The notes under the pieces were generated by a model, which was given only the letters and a program-made list of their open reading frames with translations, made no database searches and was not told where the DNA came from. Of a stretch of 51,972 nucleotides of DNA, positions 7,865 through 16,664 are shown in pieces; the stretch's first letter is position 1; the number at the start of each line of letters is the position of its first letter. The DNA is from an archaeon (GTDB lineage Archaea > B1Sed10-29 > WALL01 > WAMD01), in the NCBI GenBank assembly GCA_024275655.1, contig JAJRYR010000036.1:1-51972 (forward strand). The letters are read 5' to 3'. Both the position numbers and the translations under genes were made by a program.

Positions 7865-9106
7865 TTATTTATATACCTTCGCATTTTTTAGAAGAAGGTT
7901 TATAAATGACTCAATGTCTTCTAGGGTTACTAAATGCTTATCCTTAACCCGTAGCTCATTAGAGGCAGCGTTCAACCCCTTGATCTCCCTAGCCAAGTGG
8001 GGGCCACGGCCAAGGGTTACCTGAACTGTGAAGGTTGGCTTGCCTTCCCTAGCTACAACAAAATCGCATTCGGCATCGTTTGTCCAGTAATAGATCTCAC
8101 TTCCCATCTTAAACAGTTCTATTCCAACCAGGAGTTCTAGAGCTCTGCCCCTATCTGGAGTTGGCCCCCAGCCCACTGCCCACTTGAAGGCTAGGTCAAT
8201 CGGATAAAACTTCCTAGGAAACGCCATCTGGGTTTTCAACGAATGTGCATAACGTCTAACCTCAAACATAACCATAGAATCCTTGAAAGCGTTCACGTAC
8301 TTTTCTGCGGTGTGGTAAGCCATCTTGAACAACTTGGATATCTTGTTCACGGAAATCGGGTTTCCCGCATTTCTCAGCAAATACCTGGCTATTTCATTTG
8401 CCTTGTCTAGATCTAAGTCATGACCAGCGGACACGTCCCTGGCAACTATGCTTTCATAGTACTCAACAGCGAGTTTTCTCTTCGCTGCTTCTGTTTTTTC
8501 CATGAATATCTCGGGGTAGCTACCATAACTCATGAGCTCTTCCATTAAACCTAGCAATGCTTGTCTGTCTCGAGGGTCCACAGGATTTATTCCCCTAATT
8601 CTAGCCGCCTCAAAGAGACTAAAGGGGTAAACTCTAAAGGTGATCGTCCTTCCAGCTAGTCTCCTAGAAAACTGGCTACCCAGCATAGCCAGCGTTGAGC
8701 CAGAAACAACCAGATTTACGGGGTCTCTCTTGTCGTATATTGCCCTAAGGTGCATATCCCACTTTGGCACATTCTGTATCTCATCCAGGAGGATAACTGC
8801 TCCTTTACCTCCTACTTTTTTCGCTTCCTCGTAGACTTTTTTGAAACCTGCTTCTTGTATTTCCGGATCCTCAAAATTAATGTAAACCGCCCTTCTCGGA
8901 TTACTCTGTATCAATTCACTTGCAACCTGGTACATTACTGTTGTTTTCCCTGCTCTCCTAGGACCTATTATCACCTTTATCTTTCTTTTCCCCATCCAAT
9001 CCAGAATTTTCCTGGTAACATCTCTAGGCTCTCCCAGTAGATCGCTAGGAACCTCTCCAACTGTCCACCACGGATTCCATGTCTCTAGAACATCCCTAAG
9101 CGCCAT
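7865..9106 (-). CDS. AAA_14/DUF4143-type P-loop ATPase (paralog 2)
   Basis: Walker A GPRRAGKTT and Walker B ILLDEIQ. The last 11 codons and the stop lie in the 34-bp repeat. Confidence 0.7.
   Translation of the reverse strand: MALRDVLETWNPWWTVGEVPSDLLGEPRDVTRKILDWMGKRKIKVIIGPRRAGKTTVMYQVASELIQSNPRRAVYINFEDPEIQEAGFKKVYEEAKKVGGKGAVILLDEIQNVPKWDMHLRAIYDKRDPVNLVVSGSTLAMLGSQFSRRLAGRTITFRVYPFSLFEAARIRGINPVDPRDRQALLGLMEELMSYGSYPEIFMEKTEAAKRKLAVEYYESIVARDVSAGHDLDLDKANEIARYLLRNAGNPISVNKISKLFKMAYHTAEKYVNAFKDSMVMFEVRRYAHSLKTQMAFPRKFYPIDLAFKWAVGWGPTPDRGRALELLVGIELFKMGSEIYYWTNDAECDFVVAREGKPTFTVQVTLGRGPHLAREIKGLNAASNELRVKDKHLVTLEDIESFINLLLKNAKVYK
7867..7900. repeat. 34-bp perfect direct repeat, copy A (atttatataccttcgcattttttagaagaaggtt), at the 3' end of ATPase paralog 2
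   Basis: It is identical to 9127-9160. Confidence 0.9.
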
Positions 9107-9126
9107 GTTCTATTATTAGTTTTGTC

Positions 9127-9160
9127 ATTTATATACCTTCGCATTTTTTAGAAGAAGGTT
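9127..9160. repeat. 34-bp perfect direct repeat, copy B, between the ATPase paralog 2 start and the stop of the Nre-like gene
   Basis: It is identical to 7867-7900. Read on the minus strand it again encodes ...NLLLKNAKVYK*. Confidence 0.9.
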
Positions 9161-10365
9161 CACATCCACCGTCTCAATGCCTCTCTGGATCTAATCCTAG
9201 CCAACAACTCACTACTCTTTCTCCACTCTCTCTTCACTTCAAGTCTTCTGTCTATCTCGTTCAAAGCTGCCTCCAAAGAATCAAATTTAACCGGCTTTGA
9301 GGCCATGGCCCTCCTAACGTTCTCCCTTATCTGCCAAACACCAACAGGAGCCCAGTACTCTGGGGTTATTTCCCTCACCACCAGGGCTTTTGCTTGCCTC
9401 TTTATTTTGGCTAGATACTCTAGAATTGCCAGCCTGGCTGCGTAGTATGCACCAGTAACATTGTCTGCATAACTGGTCCTTCCCTCGTAGGGCTCGTAGT
9501 CCGCTAGGATTACTGGTCGTTCTCCGCCAGTGACCCATATACAGCCAGGGTCATAGATTTCCACGTTGTCAAATTCCCACTTACCTGGGATCAGTAAGAC
9601 CTCAAACCTGTTGCCCAAATAGTAGCTCTCAAAGAGCAAGTAATCGCCGATCTCCTGAAAGTCCTTTACCCTAGCGATTAATGCCTTTCCCAGGGTATCA
9701 TCTGTCGCAGTGATGCTCCACCTAGTAGGAACTAGTTTTTTATCAATTCCCAAAGTTCCTATGGAAAGCAAGTTCGTGAGTTTGCTAACTGGTACGCCGT
9801 GCTGGTACAAGTAGAACAGAGCTTCTCCCGCCTTCATTTCGTCGTTCACAACTTCATCCACCTTTCTGGGTATCTTCGGGTTGTCCACAAGTTCCAGGCC
9901 CAAAATCTCTCCACTGGGCCCATGGGGAGCAGTGATGTCGTTCCAGGATACTTCGGTCTTAGGCTCTTTCTTGAACGCCAGCTCCATTTCCACGCTATCC
10001 CTTGCCATCACGGCCAATTGCATTTCATACAGGTGCCTGGGTGGATCCTTTGCCCAGTCTATGCGCATTTCCTCTTTTCCCCTTATTAGTTGAGACCTCA
10101 TCTGCAGTATCTCCTCTAGGGACTTTCCATACCAGGCCTCGGGAAGATCTAAAAAACTAGCATCTTCTGTTCTTGCAACCAATGGACCAACAAAAACTTT
10201 TGGATACCCTATCCTCCCAACAAGAACGCTTGGGGGGGAATTGGCATCTATGATCCTGGAGATGCTTTTCAAACTAGCCAAAACCCTAGCTCTCTCTAGC
10301 AGAGGGCATTTAGGCCTCCCACACAAAAGCTTGGTTCCTTTGCACTTAACACAAAGTTCTGGCAC
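9160..10365 (-). CDS. Nre-family (NreA-like) predicted DNA-repair protein with an N-terminal C4 zinc ribbon
   Basis: N-terminus MPELCVKCKGTKLLCGRPKCPLL and ~400 aa length. The assignment is from memory of the Nre_N/Nre_C architecture. Confidence 0.45.
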   Translation of the reverse strand: MPELCVKCKGTKLLCGRPKCPLLERARVLASLKSISRIIDANSPPSVLVGRIGYPKVFVGPLVARTEDASFLDLPEAWYGKSLEEILQMRSQLIRGKEEMRIDWAKDPPRHLYEMQLAVMARDSVEMELAFKKEPKTEVSWNDITAPHGPSGEILGLELVDNPKIPRKVDEVVNDEMKAGEALFYLYQHGVPVSKLTNLLSIGTLGIDKKLVPTRWSITATDDTLGKALIARVKDFQEIGDYLLFESYYLGNRFEVLLIPGKWEFDNVEIYDPGCIWVTGGERPVILADYEPYEGRTSYADNVTGAYYAARLAILEYLAKIKRQAKALVVREITPEYWAPVGVWQIRENVRRAMASKPVKFDSLEAALNEIDRRLEVKREWRKSSELLARIRSREALRRWM

Positions 10366-10388
10366 ACTAGGTTTTTGTTTAACAAGAA

Positions 10389-10446
10389 TTAAATACCTAG
10401 TCTTGCCAAAAATTATTGATGAAAATTGTTAAAACTAGGCACGGCC
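10389..10446. repeat. 58-bp perfect direct repeat, copy A; it carries a truncated copy of the start of the AbrB-like gene (MKIVKTRHG then divergence and a stop)
   Basis: It is identical to 11879-11936. Confidence 0.9.
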
Positions 10447-10518
10447 CAGTTCTTCTGTTGCCTAGGAAAACGGTCAGATATGTCTAAATAAATCCTGGAG
10501 GAAGGTTTTCTGTAAACA

Positions 10519-10546
10519 GAAAGAAATTCAAGGAATTCTTTCTGCT
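10519..10546. repeat. 28-bp imperfect palindrome (gaaagaaattcaaggaattctttctgct), copy A, 17 bp upstream of ATPase paralog 3
   Basis: It is identical to 11825-11852. Internal inverted symmetry runs around the central aa. Confidence 0.85.
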
Positions 10547-10563
10547 AGGAGAAAGAATTAAAT

Positions 10564-11814
10564 ATGGGAAAAACACTAAAATATATCATGGATTTGAAGA
10601 GTACACTAAAGGAGATAATCCTGGAATTTCACGAGAGAGGAATCCCAGAATACATCCACAGAGATATCCCCGTACCTAAACTGAAGAGGATAAATAAAGC
10701 TATAAGTATAGTTGGTCCTAGGAGATCCGGAAAGACATATCTGATGTATCAAATAATGAAGGAAAGAATAAGCGATATTGAAAAGATAGTTTATGTTAAC
10801 CTAGAGGATGACAGGCTCATAGACATAAATGCTAAAAACCTGCGCCAGATACTTGAAGCCTATACAGAGTTGTACCCTGAAAAGACACCTATTGTATTTC
10901 TAGATGAGGTTCAGGTTGTTCTAGGATGGGAAAAATTCGTTAGAAGGCTCGTAGATTCTGGGATAAGGGTGTATATTTCCGGGTCAAGTTCAAAGTTGAT
11001 TGGCAAGGAACTTGCAACAACCCTACGTGGAAGGGCAATAACGGTTAATGTTTACCCGTTGTCATTCAAAGAGTTTCTTAGGTTCAAAGGTGTGAAATTG
11101 GATAAAAACTGGGAGTACACGTCCCAAAGAGTGAAGGTAAAGAGAATGTTTGATCAGTTCATGAAAACTAGCGGGTTCCCAGAGATTGCACTTGAAGGAG
11201 AGATGTCACTGATAGATGACTACTTCAAAACAATATTCTTTAGGGATGTAGTAGAGAGGTATAGAATAAAGAACCTAGATCTCATGGAATTGTTGATGAA
11301 ATACTTGGTAAAAAACTATGCCAGGGAATTTAGCATAAATAGATTCCACAACTTTGCTAGGAGTCTGGGCTACAAATCCAGCACGTCTGTTGTTAGAGAG
11401 TATCTTAGGATGCTCCAAGAATCATATTTTGTACACCTGGCTCCAGTCTGGAGAAAGAGCAAAAAGGAATTTGTTTATTCCAAGAAAAGCTACGTTATCG
11501 ATCACGGCTTTGTTAACTACCTACTCCCAGAAGTGGATCCGGGAAGATTACTAGAAAATATAGTATTTGAGGAACTGGTAAAAAAAGGGGAAACAGTTAG
11601 GTACTACAAAAATGACGGGGAATGCGACTTCATAACAGGTAATCTGGCAATACAGGTGACTTACCGACTAGGAGAGGAAAATAGACAAAGAGAGATAAGG
11701 GGTCTCATGTTGGCAAAGAGCCACACGAGAAGAAGAGGGATAATATTAACGTATGATCAGGAAGAGAGCAATCCAGAAACTGTTCCAGCATACAAGTTTA
11801 TGCTTAGATCATAG
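10564..11814 (+). CDS. AAA_14/DUF4143-type P-loop ATPase (paralog 3)
   Basis: Walker A GPRRSGKTY and Walker B VFLDEVQ. It is closest to paralog 2. Confidence 0.7.
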   Translation: MGKTLKYIMDLKSTLKEIILEFHERGIPEYIHRDIPVPKLKRINKAISIVGPRRSGKTYLMYQIMKERISDIEKIVYVNLEDDRLIDINAKNLRQILEAYTELYPEKTPIVFLDEVQVVLGWEKFVRRLVDSGIRVYISGSSSKLIGKELATTLRGRAITVNVYPLSFKEFLRFKGVKLDKNWEYTSQRVKVKRMFDQFMKTSGFPEIALEGEMSLIDDYFKTIFFRDVVERYRIKNLDLMELLMKYLVKNYAREFSINRFHNFARSLGYKSSTSVVREYLRMLQESYFVHLAPVWRKSKKEFVYSKKSYVIDHGFVNYLLPEVDPGRLLENIVFEELVKKGETVRYYKNDGECDFITGNLAIQVTYRLGEENRQREIRGLMLAKSHTRRRGIILTYDQEESNPETVPAYKFMLRS

Positions 11815-11824
11815 TTTTCATATG

Positions 11825-11852
11825 GAAAGAAATTCAAGGAATTCTTTCTGCT
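11825..11852. repeat. 28-bp palindrome, copy B, 10 bp downstream of ATPase paralog 3
   Basis: It is identical to 10519-10546. Confidence 0.85.
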
Positions 11853-11878
11853 GCAAGATACTTGTGAGTATACAAAGC

Positions 11879-11936
11879 TTAAATACCTAGTCTTGCCAAA
11901 AATTATTGATGAAAATTGTTAAAACTAGGCACGGCC
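11879..11936. repeat. 58-bp perfect direct repeat, copy B; it contains the promoter and the first 10 codons of the 11906-12667 gene
   Basis: It is identical to 10389-10446. Confidence 0.9.
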
Positions 11937-12667
11937 TAGCTGTGGTTCTTCCCAGAGAGATCGTGGAACTGCTAGGGTTAAAGGAAGGGCAGGAGCTGGA
12001 ATTCAAGCACATTTCCGGCAAGGTTTTTGCTCTATTCCCAAAGGAAGCTGGCAAGAAACCATCAGAAAAGAAGGGGAAGGGGCTTACCGAAGAAGAGCTC
12101 AAGGTTCTCAAGAAGTTGAACAAGATTAGGTTCACGGAAAGGACTCCAAAGAAAGTTAAAGACGTGTTAACAAAAGAGGAGTGGGAAGTTCTGAAAGAAC
12201 TACTGAAAAAGAGAGTCATACTGAAGATGGTTCACGGAAAGTACGAAAAGAGCGGGGGAGTCTACTCCATAAGCAGGGAATATTACGGAATGTTAAAAGG
12301 CGTTGAAAAGAAAAAGGAAAAGGACGAAGTGGATGCCCTGGTGGACGTTCTAAAGAGAGACGGCTTCTTCTCAACAAAGGACCAAAAGATAGCAGAAGAA
12401 CTGGCAGAGAGACTAAATACTGAACTGGAACTTGGAGAGGTAGCGGCTGTGAAAAGCTTTGACAAGACATTCTACTTCGTTACAAACCAAACATTAGCAT
12501 CTGTGGGAGACCAGATCAGAAAAGTTCTGAAATCCGGTCCATTGACAGCTGAGGAGATAGCCACCAAACTAAAAAAGGATCCCACGCTAGTGAAGGCCGT
12601 GCTGGAGATACTTAGAGAGTCTGGGGAAGTGATAGAAAAAAGAAAAAATGTGTATTCCCTTGCGTGA
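11906..12667 (+). CDS. DNA-binding protein with an N-terminal AbrB/SpoVT (MazE-like) swapped-hairpin domain and a C-terminal winged helix
   Basis: KIVKTRHGLAVVLPREIVELLGLKEGQELEF resembles the AbrB/MazE fold. C-terminal LTAEEIATKLKKDPTLVKAVLEILRESGEVIEKR is wH-like. Confidence 0.45.
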   Translation: MMKIVKTRHGLAVVLPREIVELLGLKEGQELEFKHISGKVFALFPKEAGKKPSEKKGKGLTEEELKVLKKLNKIRFTERTPKKVKDVLTKEEWEVLKELLKKRVILKMVHGKYEKSGGVYSISREYYGMLKGVEKKKEKDEVDALVDVLKRDGFFSTKDQKIAEELAERLNTELELGEVAAVKSFDKTFYFVTNQTLASVGDQIRKVLKSGPLTAEEIATKLKKDPTLVKAVLEILRESGEVIEKRKNVYSLA

Positions 12668-13037
12668 TACTATGAAAGGTTTGATCGTGCTGTATGGGGA
12701 GGAGGACCCTGAAAAGGTCCTGAAAGAAGCAATGCAGTTCGACTACGTGATCCTATTCCACGCAATAGATCAAGAGCTGTTCTCGGACATTCCTCAACTA
12801 AAATTCGCATCCATGCTGAGCAAAACAGAAGAGATGATAGACGAGCTGGAAGTTGAACTAAGAAAAAAGGGAATACTGGTAAAAGTTGAAAGCAAGTGGG
12901 GTCCGCTGGGAGAGGAAGTGAAGAACGCGATCAAGCTCTGGGAACCAGATAAAGTTCTAGCATTCAAGTCAGATTCGGACATAGGAAAGAAAGCCAGTGA
13001 GATCCTAGGGGGAATCAAGGGATTGTTACTTGTTTAA
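12648..13037 (+). CDS. Hypothetical protein (possible alternative start at ATG 12672)
   Basis: ORF with coding-like composition. No confident domain match. Confidence 0.3.
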   Translation: MCIPLRDTMKGLIVLYGEEDPEKVLKEAMQFDYVILFHAIDQELFSDIPQLKFASMLSKTEEMIDELEVELRKKGILVKVESKWGPLGEEVKNAIKLWEPDKVLAFKSDSDIGKKASEILGGIKGLLLV

Positions 13038-13898
13038 TCCCAGTATCTTGCAGAAAGCACAAACCTCCTGGCTAGTGGGCTCCCCGCACACTTTGCATTC
13101 ACCAAGTTCTTGGGTGGACACTGGATAATCAAAGCGTTCTATGCTCTTTATCATGGCTAACTTAAACCCCGGGTGCTCATTCTCTATCATTTCCACAATT
13201 GGTTTCCATTTTGCTGGTTGAGAATACCTGCACTTGTATCCCGGCAAATCATAGCCATGGGCAACTAAGTACATCGTGTTCTCCTTTTCCGTTCTCTCAA
13301 ACAATGGTTTTATCCTCGTTAGAAGCTTCCCCTGGCCAGGGAGAATTGGTTTTTGCTTTGCAATCCAGTCCCAGTGCTGTGAGAGCCAATTCTTGAAGAA
13401 GTTCTCCACTTGGTCGTCCAGGTTGTGGCCAGTGGCTAGCTTGTTTGCTCCCAGCTCTCTAGGAATGCGATTCATCAGGTATCTCTTTATTATCCCGCAC
13501 ACGCTGCATGGGGGCCTGGATCCCTTCCTAAATTCCGGAAGAGACCTTCCCAGCTCCTTCTTCAAATCGTAAACATACAACTCCATTCCCAGATCCCTAG
13601 AAAACTTTTCCACAACCTTCCTGGCCTCCTGGGAAGATCCTGGAATTCCTAGATCTATGTGGAACATGAACACATCCACATCAAACTCTCTCTGGTACTG
13701 GGAAAAGAAGACTGCTAGAGCGAGAGAGTCCTTCCCTCCAGAAATGGCCAGAGCTATTTTATCTCCAGGTCTAGTGAGCTTTTTGGTGAAATCCCTGGTC
13801 TTCTCGTAGTACCACTGGACGTAATGCTCTGCACACAATCTCTTCTTGTAAACTGGTAGCTCTAGGATTGCCTCCTTACTACAAACAGAACATCGCAT
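13026..13898 (-). CDS. ttuA: TtuA/NcsA-type tRNA 2-thiolation PP-loop ATPase
   Basis: PP-loop SGGKDS, N-terminal CxxC...CxxH and C-terminal CxxC...CxxC zinc fingers, and the central CSVC cysteines. It has clear similarity to Pyrococcus TtuA. Confidence 0.6.
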   Translation of the reverse strand: MRCSVCSKEAILELPVYKKRLCAEHYVQWYYEKTRDFTKKLTRPGDKIALAISGGKDSLALAVFFSQYQREFDVDVFMFHIDLGIPGSSQEARKVVEKFSRDLGMELYVYDLKKELGRSLPEFRKGSRPPCSVCGIIKRYLMNRIPRELGANKLATGHNLDDQVENFFKNWLSQHWDWIAKQKPILPGQGKLLTRIKPLFERTEKENTMYLVAHGYDLPGYKCRYSQPAKWKPIVEMIENEHPGFKLAMIKSIERFDYPVSTQELGECKVCGEPTSQEVCAFCKILGLNK

Positions 13899-13930
13899 AG
13901 AATAAGTTTTGAGTGAGGGGGTTTATTATT

Positions 13931-14299
13931 CTAGCCCCTTTCCTTGTAGAAATGCACCACCTTGCCCGGCTTGAACTCTCTCTTCAGCGCCTCAAATGCC
14001 TCCCAGGTCTGTTCCTCACTGGAACAGGTGAAGACATCCAAGGCCAGGTAACCGTGTTCTGGCCAAGTGTGAATGGAGATGTGCGATTCCTCAAGGAGAA
14101 CAAAACCAGTAACTCCATGAGGCTCGAATTGGTGATAGTGGGAACGAATAGGTGTCAGCTTAGCATCTTCAACAGCTTTCTCCAGAACTCTCCTAACAGA
14201 GGAGACGTTCTTTAGCAAATCGGGGTTCACATCATAGAACTCAGCCAAAATATGCCAACCTACTGTCATCTTTACCACCTTTTTCTTTTTTCCCTCCAA
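13931..14299 (-). CDS. speH: S-adenosylmethionine decarboxylase proenzyme (pyruvoyl-dependent, SpeH type); probable true start at M11 (14269)
   Basis: The motif FVLLEESHISIHTWPE...LDVFTC is the archaeal/bacterial class 1 AdoMetDC signature, including the serine cleavage site. Confidence 0.8.
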   Translation of the reverse strand: MEGKKKKVVKMTVGWHILAEFYDVNPDLLKNVSSVRRVLEKAVEDAKLTPIRSHYHQFEPHGVTGFVLLEESHISIHTWPEHGYLALDVFTCSSEEQTWEAFEALKREFKPGKVVHFYKERG

Positions 14300-14506
14300 A
14301 CCCCTACCGGGGATTGGTTACATCACCTCTCCTTTTGGCCTAGAGTTGACTAGGCCTTTTTAGGTAAATCTCAGCGCAATTTATTTTTTCAGGAAGGATT
14401 TTTAAAAGTTTCGGAAATGTTCCCCAGTGCTCGGAGGTTATCAAGAAAACTCAAAAATTACTAATCAAAAACTAAAACTATACGAAATTCTCCGTTATTT
14501 TGTGAA

Positions 14507-15040
14507 ATGCAAGGTATTTTGGGGAAATCTTTATTAACAAGGAAGCTCTTAGTTAAATTGATGTTGTTGTTCACAACCCTGGATCTATTGATAAGCGCGC
14601 TTAGTTTCATACTTGGTAGCATATTCGTGATATCAGGAGTGTATAACGATGATGATCTTCTGGCAAGTGTGGGTGGGATATACCTCCTCACGATGGCCCC
14701 GCATTTGATAGCAGCATTTGGCCTTAGAACGGAGTTCATGTGGTTCCAGGTCTTTACTAGGTTGCTAGCATTCATCCTAGGTCTGTACATCGCTGGGAAT
14801 ATCATCTGGCTCATCGGGGAGAGAAGAGCCTTACTGGAGAGGATAAAGAACTTGAACGAACTAGAGAAATATGCAAAGGAATGCTACCTCAAGGGTTACA
14901 TATCAGAGGATAGGTTAAAGGAAGTTCTATTTGAGCTGGGTCTTCAGAGAAAGGAATTAATGTTGCTGGCAAAAAGGAGGCCATTAAAGGAAGTTTGCCC
15001 GGTGATTATACGAAACTGGTTTGGGCTGAAGACCAGCTAG
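14507..15040 (+). CDS. Membrane protein with a C-terminal SHOCT-like coiled segment
   Basis: Multiple TM helices followed by ...YISEDRLKEVLFELGLQRKEL. Chosen over the antisense ORF 14461-14814. Confidence 0.35.
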   Translation: MQGILGKSLLTRKLLVKLMLLFTTLDLLISALSFILGSIFVISGVYNDDDLLASVGGIYLLTMAPHLIAAFGLRTEFMWFQVFTRLLAFILGLYIAGNIIWLIGERRALLERIKNLNELEKYAKECYLKGYISEDRLKEVLFELGLQRKELMLLAKRRPLKEVCPVIIRNWFGLKTS

Positions 15041-15280
15041 TTACTTCTTCTCTATCATATCGTCCAGTATCCTGACCACTAACAGGAATATTGCGATGTA
15101 TATCGGGTAATAGAACGGGCTCCTAAGGCCCAGGTACTTCACTGATGGATAGGTGTACAATCCGTAGAACTCTCCGATTATTATCATGCCAAAAATGAAA
15201 ATGGCTGCGAATGTCAACAGGTCCTCTATTCCCTCTGTAATGTGTTTCACGGTTTTCGCAAGACCTCCAAGCAATCCCAT
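15041..15280 (-). CDS. Small membrane protein (2 TM)
   Basis: Hydrophobic 79-aa ORF. Confidence 0.3.
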   Translation of the reverse strand: MGLLGGLAKTVKHITEGIEDLLTFAAIFIFGMIIIGEFYGLYTYPSVKYLGLRSPFYYPIYIAIFLLVVRILDDMIEKK

Positions 15281-15374
15281 GGTTGTATTATGCTAGTGTC
15301 TAGTTATTAAAACTTGTGGTTTTTTCCTAGCTACTAGTGAAATTATTTTAAATGAGGGTGGAGATAAAGATTGC

Positions 15375-15557
15375 ATGGCAATAATGAGCTTGGAAAACCT
15401 GAAAAGGAATATGAACGTAGGTTGGCTGTTGTTGATAGTGTTCTTGGTGTCCATGATGGTAATATTTTTGTTAACTAATCCGCAGATGCCACTCGGGGCT
15501 GCCATGTACGGAACAGCCCTTGTATTGCTGTTAATTGGGTTATCACTAGAGGGATAA
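15375..15557 (+). CDS. Small membrane protein (2 TM)
   Basis: Hydrophobic 60-aa ORF immediately upstream of 15560. Confidence 0.25.
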   Translation: MAIMSLENLKRNMNVGWLLLIVFLVSMMVIFLLTNPQMPLGAAMYGTALVLLLIGLSLEG

Positions 15558-15559
15558 TT

Positions 15560-16036
15560 ATGGGCATATACCTCATCTTTAGTATAGGACTATTGTGTGT
15601 TGGAAGTTTATTCGGTTTTTTGGGTTTTAGGAATAGATCACTGTTCCTGGCACTTGCCAGTATAACGGTAATTTCCTTTTCATTGCTTGGGATAGTGCAT
15701 TCCATACAAGTAGGTATGCTGTTTATAGAGATACCCTTGATGCTCATAGCGTTCGGGTTTTCTTTGTACATGTTGTACTACGGGTGGTACATAGAGAAGG
15801 TGGTTGTGGATGCTACAAAGGACAAGATATCAAAACTGAGAAGGGAGATAACTCTAGTGGAGCAGGACTACATAGAAGGTAGGGTGAAGAAAGAAGAGAT
15901 GATGGAAGAGATAAAGAAACTGCAGGATAGGATAGATGAGCTGGAAAAATTTTTGGATGAAAGGGGAAAGACCCCAAACTTCTTCAGATTCTTTACCAGG
16001 GAAAGTTGTTTAACAAGGGAACTAGAACGAAAATGA
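15560..16036 (+). CDS. Membrane protein with a C-terminal coiled-coil/SHOCT-like tail
   Basis: Three TM helices followed by EQDYIEGRVKKEEMMEEIKKLQDRIDELEKF. Confidence 0.35.
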   Translation: MGIYLIFSIGLLCVGSLFGFLGFRNRSLFLALASITVISFSLLGIVHSIQVGMLFIEIPLMLIAFGFSLYMLYYGWYIEKVVVDATKDKISKLRREITLVEQDYIEGRVKKEEMMEEIKKLQDRIDELEKFLDERGKTPNFFRFFTRESCLTRELERK

Positions 16037-16074
16037 TATAAATCACTCTTTGTAAAATAATCCCTGCGGAAACT

Positions 16075-16152
16075 GGGCGTGTAGCTCAGCCAGGATAGAG
16101 CGGGGGCCTTCTAAGCCTCAGGTCGGGGGTTCAAATCCCCCCACGCCCACCA
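16075..16152 (+). tRNA. tRNA-Arg (anticodon TCT), CCA encoded
   Basis: Hand-folded cloverleaf: acceptor GGGCGUG/CACGCCC, D stem GCUC/GAGC, anticodon stem GGGGC/GCCUC with loop CUUCUAA, T arm GGGGG-UUCAAAU-CCCCC, discriminator A, then CCA. Confidence 0.9.
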
Positions 16153-16184
16153 GATTTTTATTTCTGGGTTTTATCTTCTAGAAT

Positions 16185-16661
16185 ATGATCCTCATGTCCT
16201 GGAACGTAAATGGGATCAGGGCTTGCTATAGAAATGGGTTTCTAGATTTCTTGAAGAAGTACAAACCATAATTCGACAGGGAAATCCACAAATACCTGGA
16301 CGAGCTGAGGAAGAAAAAGCCTGTGGTCTCGACTGGTGACTTTAACGTTGCCCACAGGGAGATCGATCTAGCAAACCCAAAACAGAATGTTAAGAACGCC
16401 GGGTTCACTCCAGAGGAGAGAGCATGGATGGACGAATTCCTCTCAGACGGTTGGGTTGATACGTTCAGATTATTCATGAAAGAGGATGGATATTACACTT
16501 GGTGGACATACAGATTCAATGCTAGAGCTAAGAACATAGGATGGCGTATCGATTACTTTATAGTTTCAGAGGATCTAGCCCCCAGGGTGAAGAGAAGCTG
16601 GATCCTCTCAGAGGTCTATGGCTCGGATCACGCACCTATTGGCCTAGAACTGGAAGTATGA
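16185..16661 (+). pseudogene. xth: Exodeoxyribonuclease III (Xth, AP endonuclease) remnant with an internal ~100-aa deletion and an in-frame TAA
   Basis: ATG 16185 gives MILMSWNVNGIRACYRNGFLDFLKKYKP*. The same frame then continues FDREIHKYLDELRKKKPVVSTGDFNVAHREIDLA...WILSEVYGSDHAPIGLELEV. These are the N-terminal and C-terminal conserved blocks of ExoIII. The middle third is missing. Confidence 0.65.
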
Positions 16662-16664
16662 TTG

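Noticed and set aside
3944-11936. Could the long perfect direct repeats be a CRISPR array?
   Set aside because: Each repeat occurs only twice. Intervals are 1.2-1.4 kb and contain full protein-coding genes. The three repeat pairs are unrelated to each other. There are no cas genes and no leader.
14461-14814. 117-aa minus-strand ORF
   Set aside because: It overlaps the plus-strand membrane-protein ORF 14507-15040, which has coherent TM and coiled-coil organisation. The minus ORF has no features.
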